Source of the DNA: an uncultured delta proteobacterium
Lineage (GTDB): Bacteria > Desulfobacterota > Binatia > UBA9968
DNA: 64,000 nt
Direction: 5' to 3'
Assembly: GCA_963755715.1 (NCBI GenBank)
Contig: CAVWLW010000065.1
Location: 5,766 to 69,765 of the forward strand
Shown: positions 43,155 to 52,670 of the stretch, piece after piece
Position numbering within the stretch: position 1 is the stretch's first letter
How the letters are laid out: the number at the start of each line of letters is the position of its first letter
Made by a program: the position numbers and the translations under genes
The notes under the pieces: generated by a model
What the model saw: only the letters and a program-made list of their open reading frames with translations
The model's database searches: none
Told to the model about the DNA's origin: nothing

Positions 43155-43502
43155 CTACATCGATCGTCCGTCGAAGTGTTGAACCGGAACGCTTTCCAGA
43201 TCGATTCCTTCGAGGCAGCGAATATTGATTGCGGCCATCCGATTGCCTTTGGGATCGGTGCCTTCTCCGTACGGATGAATGCCGCACGTCTGACAAAATC
43301 GGTGCTTGATAACGTGCTTGTTGAACGTGTACGTGCCGATGTCTTCTTCCGCTGTGAGCGCATGCAGCTGTTCACGCGGCACAAACCACAGGAGAGATCC
43401 TTTGCGGGAACACATCGAGCAATTGCATGCCATCGCGCCACTAAGTTCGCCTTCCACCTCGAATGCAACCTTGCCGCAGTGACAGCTACCTTTATAATTC
43501 AT
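43155..43502 (-). CDS. GFA-family (glutathione-dependent formaldehyde-activating-like) protein
   Basis: 115 aa. [11 protein letters not shown] ... [10 protein letters not shown] ... FCQTCG zinc-Cys pattern. Confidence 0.85.
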   Translation of the reverse strand: MNYKGSCHCGKVAFEVEGELSGAMACNCSMCSRKGSLLWFVPREQLHALTAEEDIGTYTFNKHVIKHRFCQTCGIHPYGEGTDPKGNRMAAINIRCLEGIDLESVPVQHFDGRSM

Positions 43503-43575
43503 GTGAGGTTCTCCTTTTGCTCTGCTAGCAGTTCGCTGATAACCGAGCAGCGCCCAAAGAAGCGCCGCTCGCCGC

Positions 43576-43977
43576 TTATTGAACCGCGCTTGGTTCCATA
43601 TAGATCAGTTCCCAAATGTGACCATCCAAATCCTGAAATCCATGGCCATACATAAAGCCGTGGTCCTGCGGCTCATTGTAGGTCGTTCCTCCGGCGGCGA
43701 CTGCTTTTCGAACCATCTCATCGACCTTTGCTCGGCTTTCCATGGATAAGCACACCAGCACTTCAGTGGCTTTCTTTGCGTCGCAAATTTCCTTTGGAGT
43801 AAAGGTCTTGAACTTCGCTTCAGTTAACAGCATGACGAAAATATCGTCAGTCACGATCATGCACGTGGCCGTCTCATCGGTAAATTGCTGATTAAAAGTG
43901 TAGCCAAGCTTGGTGAAAAACTCGATTGACTTGTTGAGATTTTTCACTGGCAGATTCACGAAAATTTTTGTCGCCAT
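43576..43977 (-). CDS. VOC/glyoxalase family protein
   Basis: 133 aa. KIFVNLPVKNLNKSIEFFTKLGY ... FQDLDGHIWELIYMEP. Confidence 0.8.
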   Translation of the reverse strand: MATKIFVNLPVKNLNKSIEFFTKLGYTFNQQFTDETATCMIVTDDIFVMLLTEAKFKTFTPKEICDAKKATEVLVCLSMESRAKVDEMVRKAVAAGGTTYNEPQDHGFMYGHGFQDLDGHIWELIYMEPSAVQ

Positions 43978-44014
43978 GTTTTCTCCTTGTGTAGATTCAT
44001 TACACTACGAACTA

Positions 44015-44191
44015 TCAGCGGAACGGCCGCATAATGCCGCCGTTGATGCCGCTCGGGCCGCCGGTTTCGACCCGGTGGTAATTCATTTCGGCAATGTGCC
44101 GAATCTTGCAGTCGAAGGTCTTTCCGTAGAACTCCGACAGTTTCGCCGGCTCCTTCGATAATAGCTGCCAGTGAACAACCGGTTTGCCCAT
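44015..44191 (-). pseudogene. Truncated VOC-family fragment (58 codons)
   Basis: MGKPVVHWQLLSKEPAKLSEFYGKTFDCKIRHIAEMNYHRVETGGPSGINGGIMRPFR*. This is only the first half of a VOC domain. Stops occur in all frames afterwards. It has an aggag RBS and promoter A2. Confidence 0.6.
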
Positions 44192-44258
44192 GACGATCTC
44201 CTTTCTTTTTTGAGGGTTTACGATTTTATCGCTACAGCGTTTTGATTTGTTTCATTAA

Positions 44259-44288
44259 TACGACGAATGAGCGCGTGGCTCCGGGACA
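44259..44288 (-). promoter_or_regulatory. ECF-type promoter candidate A2 (TGTCCC-N17-CGTCGTA)
   Basis: Minus-strand read: GGTGTCCCGGAGCCACGCGCTCATTCGTCGTATTAATGAAAC. The -10 lies 68 nt upstream of ATG 44191. Confidence 0.6.
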
Positions 44289-44483
44289 CCTGGGATAAAT
44301 GTTTCAGGGCTACTTAATAAATTGTGCAGGATTAAAAGAAGAATTAAAGGAGGGTGCCGGGGAAAATGGACGGGCCGAGAGAAAAGAAAATTTGACTCAT
44401 ATAGAACGTTGAGTCCATATATTTCATTGATTAAGGCGCGGTTTAGGGTACTCTCAAAGAAACCTGTAAGGAGTAGCTTTTGT

Positions 44484-45083
44484 ATGAAATTGAAAACCCG
44501 GTTGTTTTTATCAATTGTCGCGGTTTTGACGTTGTTTTGTGTTGGCAAATCGGCCAACGCAGGCGAGCCGACTGAAGCCATTCGCGGCGCTGTGAATCAA
44601 GCCGTCGAGATTCTGAAGGACGCCAAGCTCGACAATCAAAAACAACGAGGTCAAATCATCGATCGATTGCGGCAAATTGTTTATCCGTTATTCGACTTCA
44701 ATGAGATGGCGATGCGCTCGCTAGGGGCAAATTGGCGCCCCCTGAATCCGCAGCAGCGGAAGGAGTTCGTTTCGACTTTCACGGCTTTGCTGGAAAAGAC
44801 CTACGCGGACCAAATCGATCTCTACCACGGCCAACAGGTAGTTTACACCGGCGAAAGCATCGACAGTGATTACGCGCAAGTCGATTCCCGTATCATCGAC
44901 AAGAACGGTCAAACGTATTCCGTCGTTTACAAGCTGCATAGAGTCGATGGCAAATGGAGAATCTACGACGTCGTCGCGGAGAATATCAGTGTGGTCAACA
45001 ACTATCGCGCGCAGTTCAATCGGGTGATTGCCAAGTCCTCATTCGAAGAACTCTTGAAAATGATGAAGCAGCAGGCGAGTTAG
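44484..45083 (+). CDS. MlaC/Ttg2D-like phospholipid-binding periplasmic protein
   Basis: ATG 44484 after aaggag. Signal MKLKTRLFLSIVAVLTLFCVGKSANA. FDFNEMAMRSLGANWRPLNPQQRKEFVSTFTALLEKTYA is typical of MlaC. Confidence 0.75.
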   Translation: MKLKTRLFLSIVAVLTLFCVGKSANAGEPTEAIRGAVNQAVEILKDAKLDNQKQRGQIIDRLRQIVYPLFDFNEMAMRSLGANWRPLNPQQRKEFVSTFTALLEKTYADQIDLYHGQQVVYTGESIDSDYAQVDSRIIDKNGQTYSVVYKLHRVDGKWRIYDVVAENISVVNNYRAQFNRVIAKSSFEELLKMMKQQAS

Positions 45084-45160
45084 CGCGGGAAATCAAGGCA
45101 AGTCTGGTCCGGGTTCCGCCTCCAATCGGCAGCCAAGGCGAATCGAGATGCCCCGACCCC

Positions 45161-45649
45161 TCAAGTCGCCGGCTGCTCCAATGCGAAAGCGATTTGCCTG
45201 AGCACATTTTTTTCTGCCTCTGAGACTCGCTCACCGCCGAATCCGAAGATACCGCCTTCGTTTGACGCTTCGGCGACCCGCCGGCCAATGGCTAATAGCC
45301 ATTTTTTAAACTCATCTGCTTCCTCGGGCTTGACCTTGCGCTTGAGGAGATCGTTCACGGCTCGCACGTGACTTAGCGCCGACTCCTTACACTGCTCCGG
45401 ATCTTTTAATCCTTGGGGAGGTTCTGGTTTCGTTTGGCGCGCCTTTAGATCGGCGGCCAACTCGGCAATAAGCGGATTGGAGCTACCTTTTTGCAGCATT
45501 TCCGCCATAGCCATGCCCATGGATAACATCTCTTTCATCACGCCCCAGGGTCCATTCGGACTCGCACAGGTAACCGCCAGTCCAACCATCGGCGCAGCGG
45601 CGACAATTGTTTTCCACTCTTCCGGCGTGAAATCAGCTTTGCTTGCCAT
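45161..45649 (-). CDS. Hypothetical protein
   Basis: ATG 45649 after aggagg (MASKADFTPEEWKTIVAAAPMVG...). No family recognised. The ORF-track GTG start is at 45691. Confidence 0.6.
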   Translation of the reverse strand: MASKADFTPEEWKTIVAAAPMVGLAVTCASPNGPWGVMKEMLSMGMAMAEMLQKGSSNPLIAELAADLKARQTKPEPPQGLKDPEQCKESALSHVRAVNDLLKRKVKPEEADEFKKWLLAIGRRVAEASNEGGIFGFGGERVSEAEKNVLRQIAFALEQPAT

Positions 45650-45871
45650 CGAAATTGCCTCCTGCTTCTGGCGTTGTGAATACTGCGGCACGCTGTGTCT
45701 AAATAATACGATGCACTAACCATCTGTCGATATCTAGAGCAGAACCCACTTCGAGAGGGAAAGCGGGTACGAACTCTTTTCTTAATCGGAGAAAGGGGAT
45801 CGATGCAGCATTTATCATAGCAGATCCGGGTGGTGCGCGGAGGCCTGCGGTTGCTGCTGGTGGAAGTCAGA

Positions 45872-46613
45872 TTATTTTACGCCGTACTTGTCGTGGTGAC
45901 GGACCCACATGTCGCCCTGTTGGTTGAGATCTTCGGTGCCGCTCCAACCCTCCTGTCGGCCAAGCGGCGTCAGATCGAGATAGTTATAGGTGCCGATGAG
46001 CAGATCGCCGCCGCGCGCATAAGTCGAGTAGGTGTGAAAGACGTCGTCGCCCTCGCGCACGAAAAACGCTCAAGCCCGGCAGCTCGCCCTTCGTGAACCA
46101 GGGCATGCCGGCTTTCTCGTGCGCCGCCTTGTCCCGGTAGTTGTATTCGACGGGCGCGACGTTCTCGTCCAGGGTGACATGGAAATCGTAATTGAAGTCG
46201 CTGCCGAACGAGGAGTACCAGGGGAAGCTCCAACCCATCTGCTTTTTAAACGGCTGGATTTTGGCGAGCGTCGCGCGCGAAACGACAGCCAACGAGGTGT
46301 CGCGCGCGTGCAGATGGGCGAGGTGGCCGATGTTGTCGACCAGAAACGAGCACATCGGACAGCCCTCGTCCCAGCTGGGGTCGAACATGAAGTGGTAGAC
46401 GATGAGCTGGCGTCGTCCGCCGAACAAATCGAGCAAGCGCAGTTTCCCGGCCGGGCCCTCGAAGACATACTCTTTGTCGATCTTGACTCTCGGCAACTTA
46501 CGGCGCTCAGCGTTCAGCGCGTCGCGCTGGCGGGTGAATTCCTTTTCTTTGGCAAGCAGCTCCTTGCGGGCGACAAGCCACGCATCTCGCGAGACGACTT
46601 TCGGATAATCCAT
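45872..46613 (-). pseudogene. DUF899 thioredoxin-like protein, frame-disrupted
   Basis: MDYPKVVSRDAWLVARKELLAKEKEFTRQRDALNAERRKLP...CPMCS. ORF 45984-46664 and ORF 45872-46060 join as ...[27 protein letters not shown] at the T5 run near 46060-46068. Confidence 0.8.
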
Positions 46614-46757
46614 TTTGCTCTCCTTTTTTGAGTTCGATAGGCTTCGCGGCGATATTCGCGGCACGATGAGCGCATTCGCTCGACGGAGGTCGCGCCGCGA
46701 CTTTCAGTTAGACGGTCATAATGGCCGAGGCATATCGAGATCATTTCGTTCTATCAG

Positions 46758-46787
46758 TACGACGGATGAGCAAAACATTTCAGGACA
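46758..46787 (-). promoter_or_regulatory. ECF-type promoter candidate A3 (TGTCCT-N17-CGTCGTA)
   Basis: Minus-strand read: ATTGTCCTGAAATGTTTTGCTCATCCGTCGTACTG. The -10 lies 145 nt upstream of the DUF899 ATG at 46613. Confidence 0.55.
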
Positions 46788-46811
46788 ATTGCCTTGATTT
46801 TTTTTGGCTGC

Positions 46812-46925
46812 CAAGTGAAAGCTCGTCATGCCGGCAAACGCCGGCATCCAGGTTCGTTTTCGAGTTCAAGTTCGAAACCCGCCTGGATTCCGGCTTCCGC
46901 CGGAACGAGAGGAACAAGAGTCGAC
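46812..46925 (+). repeat. Composite palindromic intergenic repeat, copy B
   Basis: atgccggc-aaac-gccggcat and ttccggc-ttcc-gccggaa hairpins, terminal gagtcgac. About 90 percent identical to copy C over the core, by eye. Confidence 0.8.
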
Positions 46926-46947
46926 TTCCAGTCGACAAATTCAGAAC

Positions 46948-46968
46948 CCCTCGGTTTGGAACCGAGGG
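46948..46968. terminator. 9-bp hairpin downstream of the 47014-47424 gene
   Basis: ccctcggtt-tgg-aaccgaggg, 46 nt after the minus-strand stop. Confidence 0.35.
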
Positions 46969-47013
46969 TCGTTCAGAGGCTACCGCAAGCGACGCAACTG
47001 GATTGTTCGATCT

Positions 47014-47424
47014 TCAGGCGGCCTGCTCGCAGTTAACCATCCACGGAATCCCGAATTGATCGACAAGCATTCCGAAACGCACGGCCCAGAAAGTCTTCTG
47101 GATCGGCATTTTCACTGTTCCGTTTTTTGCCAATGCGTCAAATATGCGTTCCGCGTCTGTCGGGTCGTCGATGCCGACCGTCACAGAGAATCCTTTTGAT
47201 TCTTCATAGCGGTCAGGTGGAGCGTCGGAACCCATCAACACCTCGTCACCGACGATTAGACGGGCGTGGAGGATCTTATTGCGCCATTCGGCTGGCACTT
47301 GTTCCTCCGCCGGCGTACCCACATGTGTGACCATTGCGACGATTTTGCCGCCAAGGCACTGCTCGTAGAACTTGAACGCTGCCTCGCATTGGCCGTTGAA
47401 AGTAAGATAAGAATTCAATTTCAT
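47014..47424 (-). CDS. PhnB/YjdN-like VOC family protein
   Basis: 136 aa. MKLNSYLTFNGQCEAAFKFYEQCLGG...ILHARLIVGDEVLMGSD...FGMLVDQFGIPWMVN. Confidence 0.82.
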   Translation of the reverse strand: MKLNSYLTFNGQCEAAFKFYEQCLGGKIVAMVTHVGTPAEEQVPAEWRNKILHARLIVGDEVLMGSDAPPDRYEESKGFSVTVGIDDPTDAERIFDALAKNGTVKMPIQKTFWAVRFGMLVDQFGIPWMVNCEQAA

Positions 47425-47534
47425 AATGCGCTCCTTTGACTAATGGGTCATCCAGAAAATCCGTTTGCGTGAGGGTCGCCGGAAATCTTGAGGTTCCACG
47501 AAGTCGACACTCGACTGACTCCGCGCTCTAACTG

Positions 47535-47564
47535 TACGATGAACGAAGCCCGAAGAAATCGACA
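47535..47564 (-). promoter_or_regulatory. ECF-type promoter candidate A5 (TGTCGA-N17-CATCGTA, hybrid)
   Basis: Minus-strand read: CGTGTCGATTTCTTCGGGCTTCGTTCATCGTACAG. The -10 lies 111 nt upstream of ATG 47424. Confidence 0.5.
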
Positions 47565-47635
47565 CGGCAGACGATCTTTTTTCTACAAGCTATCGAAGAT
47601 TTGCTCAGACCGTAGATTTTTCATCCTTCGAGCGC

Positions 47636-48013
47636 TCAAGATCGGGTCGAGGGAGGCGTCAGCCGCCAGCGGCCGTAGGCGACGAAGGCCGCGAGAATCC
47701 CGACCACCAGCGGGATCGGCGCCGATGCGAAATCACCGGCCGCCAGCGTGTACACGGTGGCGCCGATCATAACGATCACCAGCCCCGTGGCGGCCAACGG
47801 TGTCAGAGCCGGCCGTATGCGCAGGAGCCAAGGGAGGATCACTCCGATCGCGCCGAGCACCTCGACGATGCCCGTGAAACGGAGGAACCACCCCGGCAAC
47901 GGTATCGGCATCTGCTTCGTCATTTCCTCGATCGGTATGACTAGCTTCATTCCTCCAGCGAACAGAAAGATAGCCGCGAGCAGCGCCTGAGCGATCCATA
48001 GTGCAATGTTCAT
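47636..48013 (-). CDS. DoxX family membrane protein
   Basis: 125 aa, four TM segments. MNIALWIAQALLAAIFLFAGGMKL. Confidence 0.8.
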   Translation of the reverse strand: MNIALWIAQALLAAIFLFAGGMKLVIPIEEMTKQMPIPLPGWFLRFTGIVEVLGAIGVILPWLLRIRPALTPLAATGLVIVMIGATVYTLAAGDFASAPIPLVVGILAAFVAYGRWRLTPPSTRS

Positions 48014-48247
48014 GATCGGTCTCCTTCGTTGTGATTCGCAGCTGTTATTGCTCTACACTGCGGAATACTTACTGTTATCGATTCTTCTCCGTTACGTGCT
48101 TGTAATAAAGTTCAACGATCTGTGAATTATGAGTTTTATCTTTGATCAATCTTAGTTTAATGCCGTGACGCGAGTCTTTAAACACGGCGAACATGAAAAT
48201 TTATTTTCAGCGGGTAACCGCAACACCGATGACGATTTGTGCGAAAA

Positions 48248-48697
48248 CTAGTTTCCTTTGAAGCCACTGCGCAGTGGAATGAGCGCGCGCAACCGGTCAT
48301 CGCGCACGTAAAGCCCGCCCCAAATCAGCACTGCGATATAGACTGGGAACAATGTGTGGCTGAAGAGCGGGCTTCCCACGCGCACATGCGTGGCGATGGC
48401 GCCGCCGAGATAGCCGGTTAGCAGAATCGCGCCGAGAATAGCCGTGCGCGGAATCATGTAAAGAACAGTGCAGGTAAGGAGGACGATTCCAAGACCGAGC
48501 AAGACGCTTTCGGGATAGCCGAGCTGAACGGTGCCCTCCACGACCGGTGCGGGTTTCACCAGTTTTCCGACGCCGTCTACGAGCAGGAACAGGGCAGGGA
48601 GACCGCTCATAATGCGTCCGGTCCAGAGCCTCCCCTTGGAGAGGGGCGTGGATTGAGCATCTGCTTGGCGGGCGTGCATTGTCGTAGTTGCTTCCAT
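48248..48697 (-). CDS. DoxX-like family membrane protein
   Basis: 149 aa, four TM segments. SGLPALFLLVDGVGKLVKP...LTGYLGGAIATHVRVG. Confidence 0.7.
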   Translation of the reverse strand: MEATTTMHARQADAQSTPLSKGRLWTGRIMSGLPALFLLVDGVGKLVKPAPVVEGTVQLGYPESVLLGLGIVLLTCTVLYMIPRTAILGAILLTGYLGGAIATHVRVGSPLFSHTLFPVYIAVLIWGGLYVRDDRLRALIPLRSGFKGN

Positions 48698-48826
48698 GGC
48701 GTCTCCTTTCAGCTTTTCGTCCTAGGGTTACCAGATCTTTTTGACACTTTCGGATGGATCCTCAGTGGAATTTATTTGTGTTGTAGTCATAGCTTTCTGG
48801 TTGGCGATCTTCTTCCGGTCCAATTC

Positions 48827-48856
48827 TACGACGAGCGAAATGAGCTCTTCAGGACA
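48827..48856 (-). promoter_or_regulatory. ECF-type promoter candidate A6 (TGTCCT-N17-CGTCGTA)
   Basis: Minus-strand read: GAGATGTCCTGAAGAGCTCATTTCGCTCGTCGTAGAATTG. The -10 lies 130 nt upstream of ATG 48697. Confidence 0.55.
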
Positions 48857-48881
48857 TCTCATGTTTCGTCTTCGTGCGCGC

Positions 48882-49241
48882 TCAGGCGTCGACCAGGACC
48901 TTGAATCCGCCCCAGAACATGCGCTTGCCATCGAACGGCATCGACTTTGGATCCATCATCTTTGCCAGGCGCGGGTCCTTCATGACCTTCGCGTTGACAC
49001 GGTCGCGATGCGCACGCGACTTGAACACAATCCACGAGAACACCACCGTCTCGCCGGGCTTGAGCTTGACGCTCTGCGGGAACGACGTGCGCTTGCCCGG
49101 CTTCACGTCGTCGGCGACGCACTCGGTGAACTCGAGAGCGCCGTGATCGCGCCAAACTTTTCCAGCCTTCTGGGCCATGCGACGATAGGCCTGCAGCTTC
49201 TTTTTCGGCACCGGCAAAACGTAACCATCGACGTAGCGCAT
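48882..49241 (-). CDS. DUF1428 domain protein
   Basis: 119 aa. MRYVDGYVLPVPKKKLQAYRRMAQKAGKVWRDHGALEF...FGGFKVLV. Confidence 0.85.
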   Translation of the reverse strand: MRYVDGYVLPVPKKKLQAYRRMAQKAGKVWRDHGALEFTECVADDVKPGKRTSFPQSVKLKPGETVVFSWIVFKSRAHRDRVNAKVMKDPRLAKMMDPKSMPFDGKRMFWGGFKVLVDA

Positions 49242-49305
49242 AAAAATCTCCCTTGGTTTGCTGAAAAAATATAGAAACAGATCACTATCGCGATGCGACG
49301 AATCT

Positions 49306-49602
49306 CTAGCCGCCGGCGATTGCCCCCACGATCATAAAGGGCTCGGCGCCACTCGCGACAGCCTGGGGCAGCGGCGCGTCCGGCGCTTCGTGGGAGAGAT
49401 CTTCCCCGCACGCGAAAAATCGCACGAATGCTCGGCGTTTTTTCGTGGTGTGGTCGCGGATCGTGCCGCGCAACATCGGATAACGAGCCTCGAGCGCGTC
49501 GAGCACCGAACGCTGCGTGACCTCACCCTCGACGTCGAGCTTCACCTCGCCGTCGACTTGCGCGAGCTTGCGCAGATGTGCTGGGAGCGTGACACGGATC
49601 AT
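49306..49602 (-). CDS. MoaD/ThiS-family ubiquitin-like small protein ending in Gly-Gly
   Basis: 98 aa from ATG 49602 ([26 protein letters not shown]...[10 protein letters not shown]). ATGA overlap with the upstream gene stop. Confidence 0.7.
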   Translation of the reverse strand: MIRVTLPAHLRKLAQVDGEVKLDVEGEVTQRSVLDALEARYPMLRGTIRDHTTKKRRAFVRFFACGEDLSHEAPDAPLPQAVASGAEPFMIVGAIAGG

Positions 49603-50786
49603 GGCAGCGTCTGGACCTCGACGGACACCACGGCCGGAAGATCGCGGACAATGGGCGCCCAGTTGTCGCCCGCGTCGGCGGATGCATACACCTGCCCGCC
49701 GGTCGTGCCGAAGTACACGCCGCACTTATCGAGCGAGTCGACGGCCATGGCGTCGCGCAGCACGTTGACATAGCAGTCGCTCTGCGGCAGGCCTTTGGTG
49801 AGCGCTTCCCACTCGTTGCCGCCAGATCGGCTGCGGTACACGCGGAGCTTGCCGTCGGGCGGAAAATGTTCCGAGTCGCTCTTGATCGGCACGACGTAGA
49901 TGGTCTCCGGCTCATGCGCATGAACGTCGATCGCGAAGCCGAAGTCGGTCGGCAGATTGCCGCTGATCTCATGCCACGACTCGCCGGCATCGTCGCTGCG
50001 CATGACGTCCCAGTGCTTCTGCATGAACAGCACGTCCGGGCGCGAGCGATGCATCGCGATGCGATGAACGCAGTGGCCGATCTCCGCGGTCGGATCAGGG
50101 ATATAGAGTGAATGCAGGCCGCGGTTGATCGGCTGCCAAGTCTTGCCGCCGTCATCGGTGCGAAACGTGCCAGCCGAAGAGATGGCGACGAACATTCGTT
50201 CCTGGTTACTTGGATCGAGAAGGATGGTGTGCAGGCACATTCCTCCGGCGCCCGGCGCCACATTGTCACCTGAACCGTGGCCTCGCAGGCCGGCGAGCTC
50301 GCGCCACGATTTGCCACCGTCGGTGGAGCGGAACAGGGCAGCGTCTTCGACGCCGGCGTAAACCGTGTCGGGATCAGTCAGCGACGGTTCGAGATGCCAG
50401 ACGCGCTTGAACTCCCACGGATGCGCCGTGCCGTCGTACCATTGGTGCGTGGTGAGCGGCTTGCCCGTTTCGGCGGATGTATCGTAAACAAACTTGTTGC
50501 TCTCGCCCTTGGGCGTGCCGTCCGGGGCGGTGGTCGGTTCGCCTGGCGGCGTTCCCGGTTGGTGCCATGTCTTTCCGCCATCATCTGAGCGTTGAATGAT
50601 CTGCCCAAACCAGCTGCTGGACTGCGACGCATACAACCGGTTCGGATCCGCTGGAGATCCCTTGAGGTGATACATCTCCCAGCCGGCAAAGTGGGGGCTG
50701 CTGACCTCCCATTTTTCACGCTTTCCGTCCGACGTGAGAATAAATGCGCCTTTGCGCGTGCCTACCAATACTCGTACTCCGCTCAT
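49599..50786 (-). CDS. BNR/Asp-box repeat beta-propeller protein (sialidase/Ycf48-like fold, function unknown)
   Basis: 395 aa with six S-x-D-x-G-x-x-W type boxes: [54 protein letters not shown]. Confidence 0.8.
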   Translation of the reverse strand: MSGVRVLVGTRKGAFILTSDGKREKWEVSSPHFAGWEMYHLKGSPADPNRLYASQSSSWFGQIIQRSDDGGKTWHQPGTPPGEPTTAPDGTPKGESNKFVYDTSAETGKPLTTHQWYDGTAHPWEFKRVWHLEPSLTDPDTVYAGVEDAALFRSTDGGKSWRELAGLRGHGSGDNVAPGAGGMCLHTILLDPSNQERMFVAISSAGTFRTDDGGKTWQPINRGLHSLYIPDPTAEIGHCVHRIAMHRSRPDVLFMQKHWDVMRSDDAGESWHEISGNLPTDFGFAIDVHAHEPETIYVVPIKSDSEHFPPDGKLRVYRSRSGGNEWEALTKGLPQSDCYVNVLRDAMAVDSLDKCGVYFGTTGGQVYASADAGDNWAPIVRDLPAVVSVEVQTLP

Positions 50787-50827
50787 GTCTTTCTCCTTAT
50801 TGATTGAGTTTCGCGCGCCGCGTTATT

Positions 50828-51301
50828 TTATTGTTGCTCGTTTGCTCTCTTCAGACTTGCGATGTCGAGCTTGTCCATTTGCAGCATGGCGTTCATAACT
50901 CGCTTCGATTTCTCGGCATCCTTGTCTTGCAGCAATTGACCCAGGACGGTCGGCACAATTTGCCACGACACGCCGAATTTATCTTTAAGCCAACCGCATC
51001 TCTGCTTTTCCCCGCCCTCGGAGAGCTTTTCCCAGAATTTATCGACCTCTTCCTGCGTCTCGCAATGCACGAAGAACGATATGGCCGGCGAGAAGGTGAA
51101 CATGGGACCGCCGTTCAATGCGATGAACTCTTGTCCCTGGAGTTCGAAGGTCGCGGACATGACCGATCCTTTCGGTCCGGGTCCTGCCTCGCCAGAGCGC
51201 ATCATGCTCACAATCTTTGAGTTTGGAAAGATGGAAGTGTAGAAGTTCGCGGCCTCTTCGGCTTTGCCATCGAACCACAAAAACGGTGTGATTTTTTGCA
51301 T
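50828..51301 (-). CDS. PhnB-like VOC family protein (3-demethylubiquinone-9 3-methyltransferase-domain type)
   Basis: 157 aa. [30 protein letters not shown]...[16 protein letters not shown]. Confidence 0.85.
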   Translation of the reverse strand: MQKITPFLWFDGKAEEAANFYTSIFPNSKIVSMMRSGEAGPGPKGSVMSATFELQGQEFIALNGGPMFTFSPAISFFVHCETQEEVDKFWEKLSEGGEKQRCGWLKDKFGVSWQIVPTVLGQLLQDKDAEKSKRVMNAMLQMDKLDIASLKRANEQQ

Positions 51302-51324
51302 ATCGTTTTATTCCTATGCTGATT

Positions 51325-51735
51325 TCAAGGCGCAACCGTAACCATCCAGCCGACGCCGAAGCGATCTGCAACCATGCCGAAGCAGGGCGACCAGAAGGTT
51401 TTGCCGAGCGGCATTTGCACCTGCCCGCCTTCGGCCAGCGCGGCGAACTTTCGTTTCGCGTCGGCTTCATCAGCCGCCGTGAGCGATAATGAAAATCCCT
51501 GAAAATTTGTCCCTTCGCTGCAACCGTCGGAGGCCATCACATTAGCGTTGCCGATGCGCAAGGTCGCGTGCATGATCTTGTTCTCCCAGCCCGGCGGCAC
51601 CATCCCCGGCGGCGTGGGTTCCGGACTTTCTTTGTAACGCATCAGCATCAAAACCTCGGCGCCAAGCGCCTTTTTGTAAAACTCGATCGCCTCTTCGCAG
51701 CGGCCGTTAAAAAATAGATAGGGTTCGATAGCCAT
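51325..51735 (-). CDS. PhnB/YjdN-like VOC family protein
   Basis: 136 aa. PYLFFNGRCEEAIEFYKKALGAEV...IMHATLRIGNANVMASD...FGMVADRFGVGWMV. Confidence 0.85.
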   Translation of the reverse strand: MAIEPYLFFNGRCEEAIEFYKKALGAEVLMLMRYKESPEPTPPGMVPPGWENKIMHATLRIGNANVMASDGCSEGTNFQGFSLSLTAADEADAKRKFAALAEGGQVQMPLGKTFWSPCFGMVADRFGVGWMVTVAP

Positions 51736-51822
51736 AATCGCATCTCCTTTTTGTGGGTTGGTATTTCTTGATCGTTCTAATGGGTTTTTTAAACAGGCAC
51801 GACGCCGAGCGACATCGCTCGC

Positions 51823-52203
51823 TCACGGATTCTCGGCGGCATTGACCTTTGCGGTAGATTCCTCGTCGAGGGCGCGGATCTCGAAAGTCGCCACGCGAAT
51901 CCCCGGATGTTTCGACATCAATTCGGTTGCGTGATTTAGATCGATGGCATCGAGCAAGAGAACACCGCCGATTTGTTCCTTGGTTTCAGCGTATGGGCCG
52001 TCGGTGATGGATACCTTGCCATTCCGGTAGCGCAAAGTTCTCGCGTTTTGCGCATTTTGCAGCGCCTCCAGGCGAACGAAATGACCATTCCTTTTAAGGA
52101 CGTTGTCGTAAGCGAAACATTCCTTGATGAAGGTCTCACGCTCGCTATCAGACATGACGTCGAACTTTTGTTCATCTATGTGTGACAGACAAAGAAGCTT
52201 CAT
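51823..52203 (-). CDS. YCII-related (DGPF) domain protein
   Basis: ATG 52203 (MKLLCLSHIDEQ...). [20 protein letters not shown]. The longer ORF-track start (52269) would overlap promoter B2. Confidence 0.85.
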   Translation of the reverse strand: MKLLCLSHIDEQKFDVMSDSERETFIKECFAYDNVLKRNGHFVRLEALQNAQNARTLRYRNGKVSITDGPYAETKEQIGGVLLLDAIDLNHATELMSKHPGIRVATFEIRALDEESTAKVNAAENP

Positions 52204-52240
52204 AATCTTTTCCTTGCGGCATTTACCTACCGATATCCAG

Positions 52241-52268
52241 TAGTCGTTCAGCCGCCACGGAATCGACA
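52241..52268 (-). promoter_or_regulatory. ECF-type promoter candidate B2 (TGTCGA-N16-CGACTA)
   Basis: Minus-strand read: GATGTCGATTCCGTGGCGGCTGAACGACTACTGG. The -10 lies 38 nt upstream of ATG 52203. Confidence 0.55.
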
Positions 52269-52313
52269 TCCTAAACTAAAAATATTCGACCCAACGGCAG
52301 CTTTTACGGTAAT

Positions 52314-52670
52314 TCAGCACTCCAACTCGGCAATGCAACGCACTTCGACCGTGCCCCCCGCCGGAAGCGTCGGGATGCGCGCCGCGATCGACATCGCCTC
52401 GTTCAGATCCATGCAATCGATAAGGTGGTAGCCGCCGAGTTGCTCTTTGGTCTCGGCGAAGGGCCCATCGGTAAGTACTGTCCTGCCGTTCTTCATGCGC
52501 ACTGTCTTCGCTGACGGCGCCGGGTGGAGTTTTGCTCCGCCGCGGAAGTGGCCAGTGTCGACGAGATTCTGTACCCAATCTCCATAGTCCTGCATAATCT
52601 TGTCCTTCTGCGCGCCGGGTAAGTTGTTCCAGGCAGTCTCGTCGAAACAGCACATCAGCATATATTGCAT
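52314..52670 (-). CDS. YCII-related (DGPF) domain protein
   Basis: 118 aa. MQYMLMCCFDE...[21 protein letters not shown]. Confidence 0.88.
   Translation of the reverse strand: MQYMLMCCFDETAWNNLPGAQKDKIMQDYGDWVQNLVDTGHFRGGAKLHPAPSAKTVRMKNGRTVLTDGPFAETKEQLGGYHLIDCMDLNEAMSIAARIPTLPAGGTVEVRCIAELEC

Noticed and set aside
45707-45736. -10-like elements without a -35: CATCGTA at 45707-45713, and TTCGTCGC at about 49290-49300 and 63953-63962
   Set aside because: No TGTC element lies 17 nt upstream. Single 7-mers are expected by chance.
46828-47199. ORFs translating the palindromic repeats (also 62958-63152 and 21518-21790), with peptides AGIQVRF / LDSGFRRND
   Set aside because: Their similarity is at the DNA level, including the hairpins and non-coding flanks. 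They have no RBS, and reading frames differ between copies.
49523-50317. 264-aa same-strand alternative-frame ORF inside the BNR propeller gene
   Set aside because: Arg/Ser/Ala/Cys-rich low-complexity translation. The other frame carries six Asp-box motifs and is clearly the real gene.
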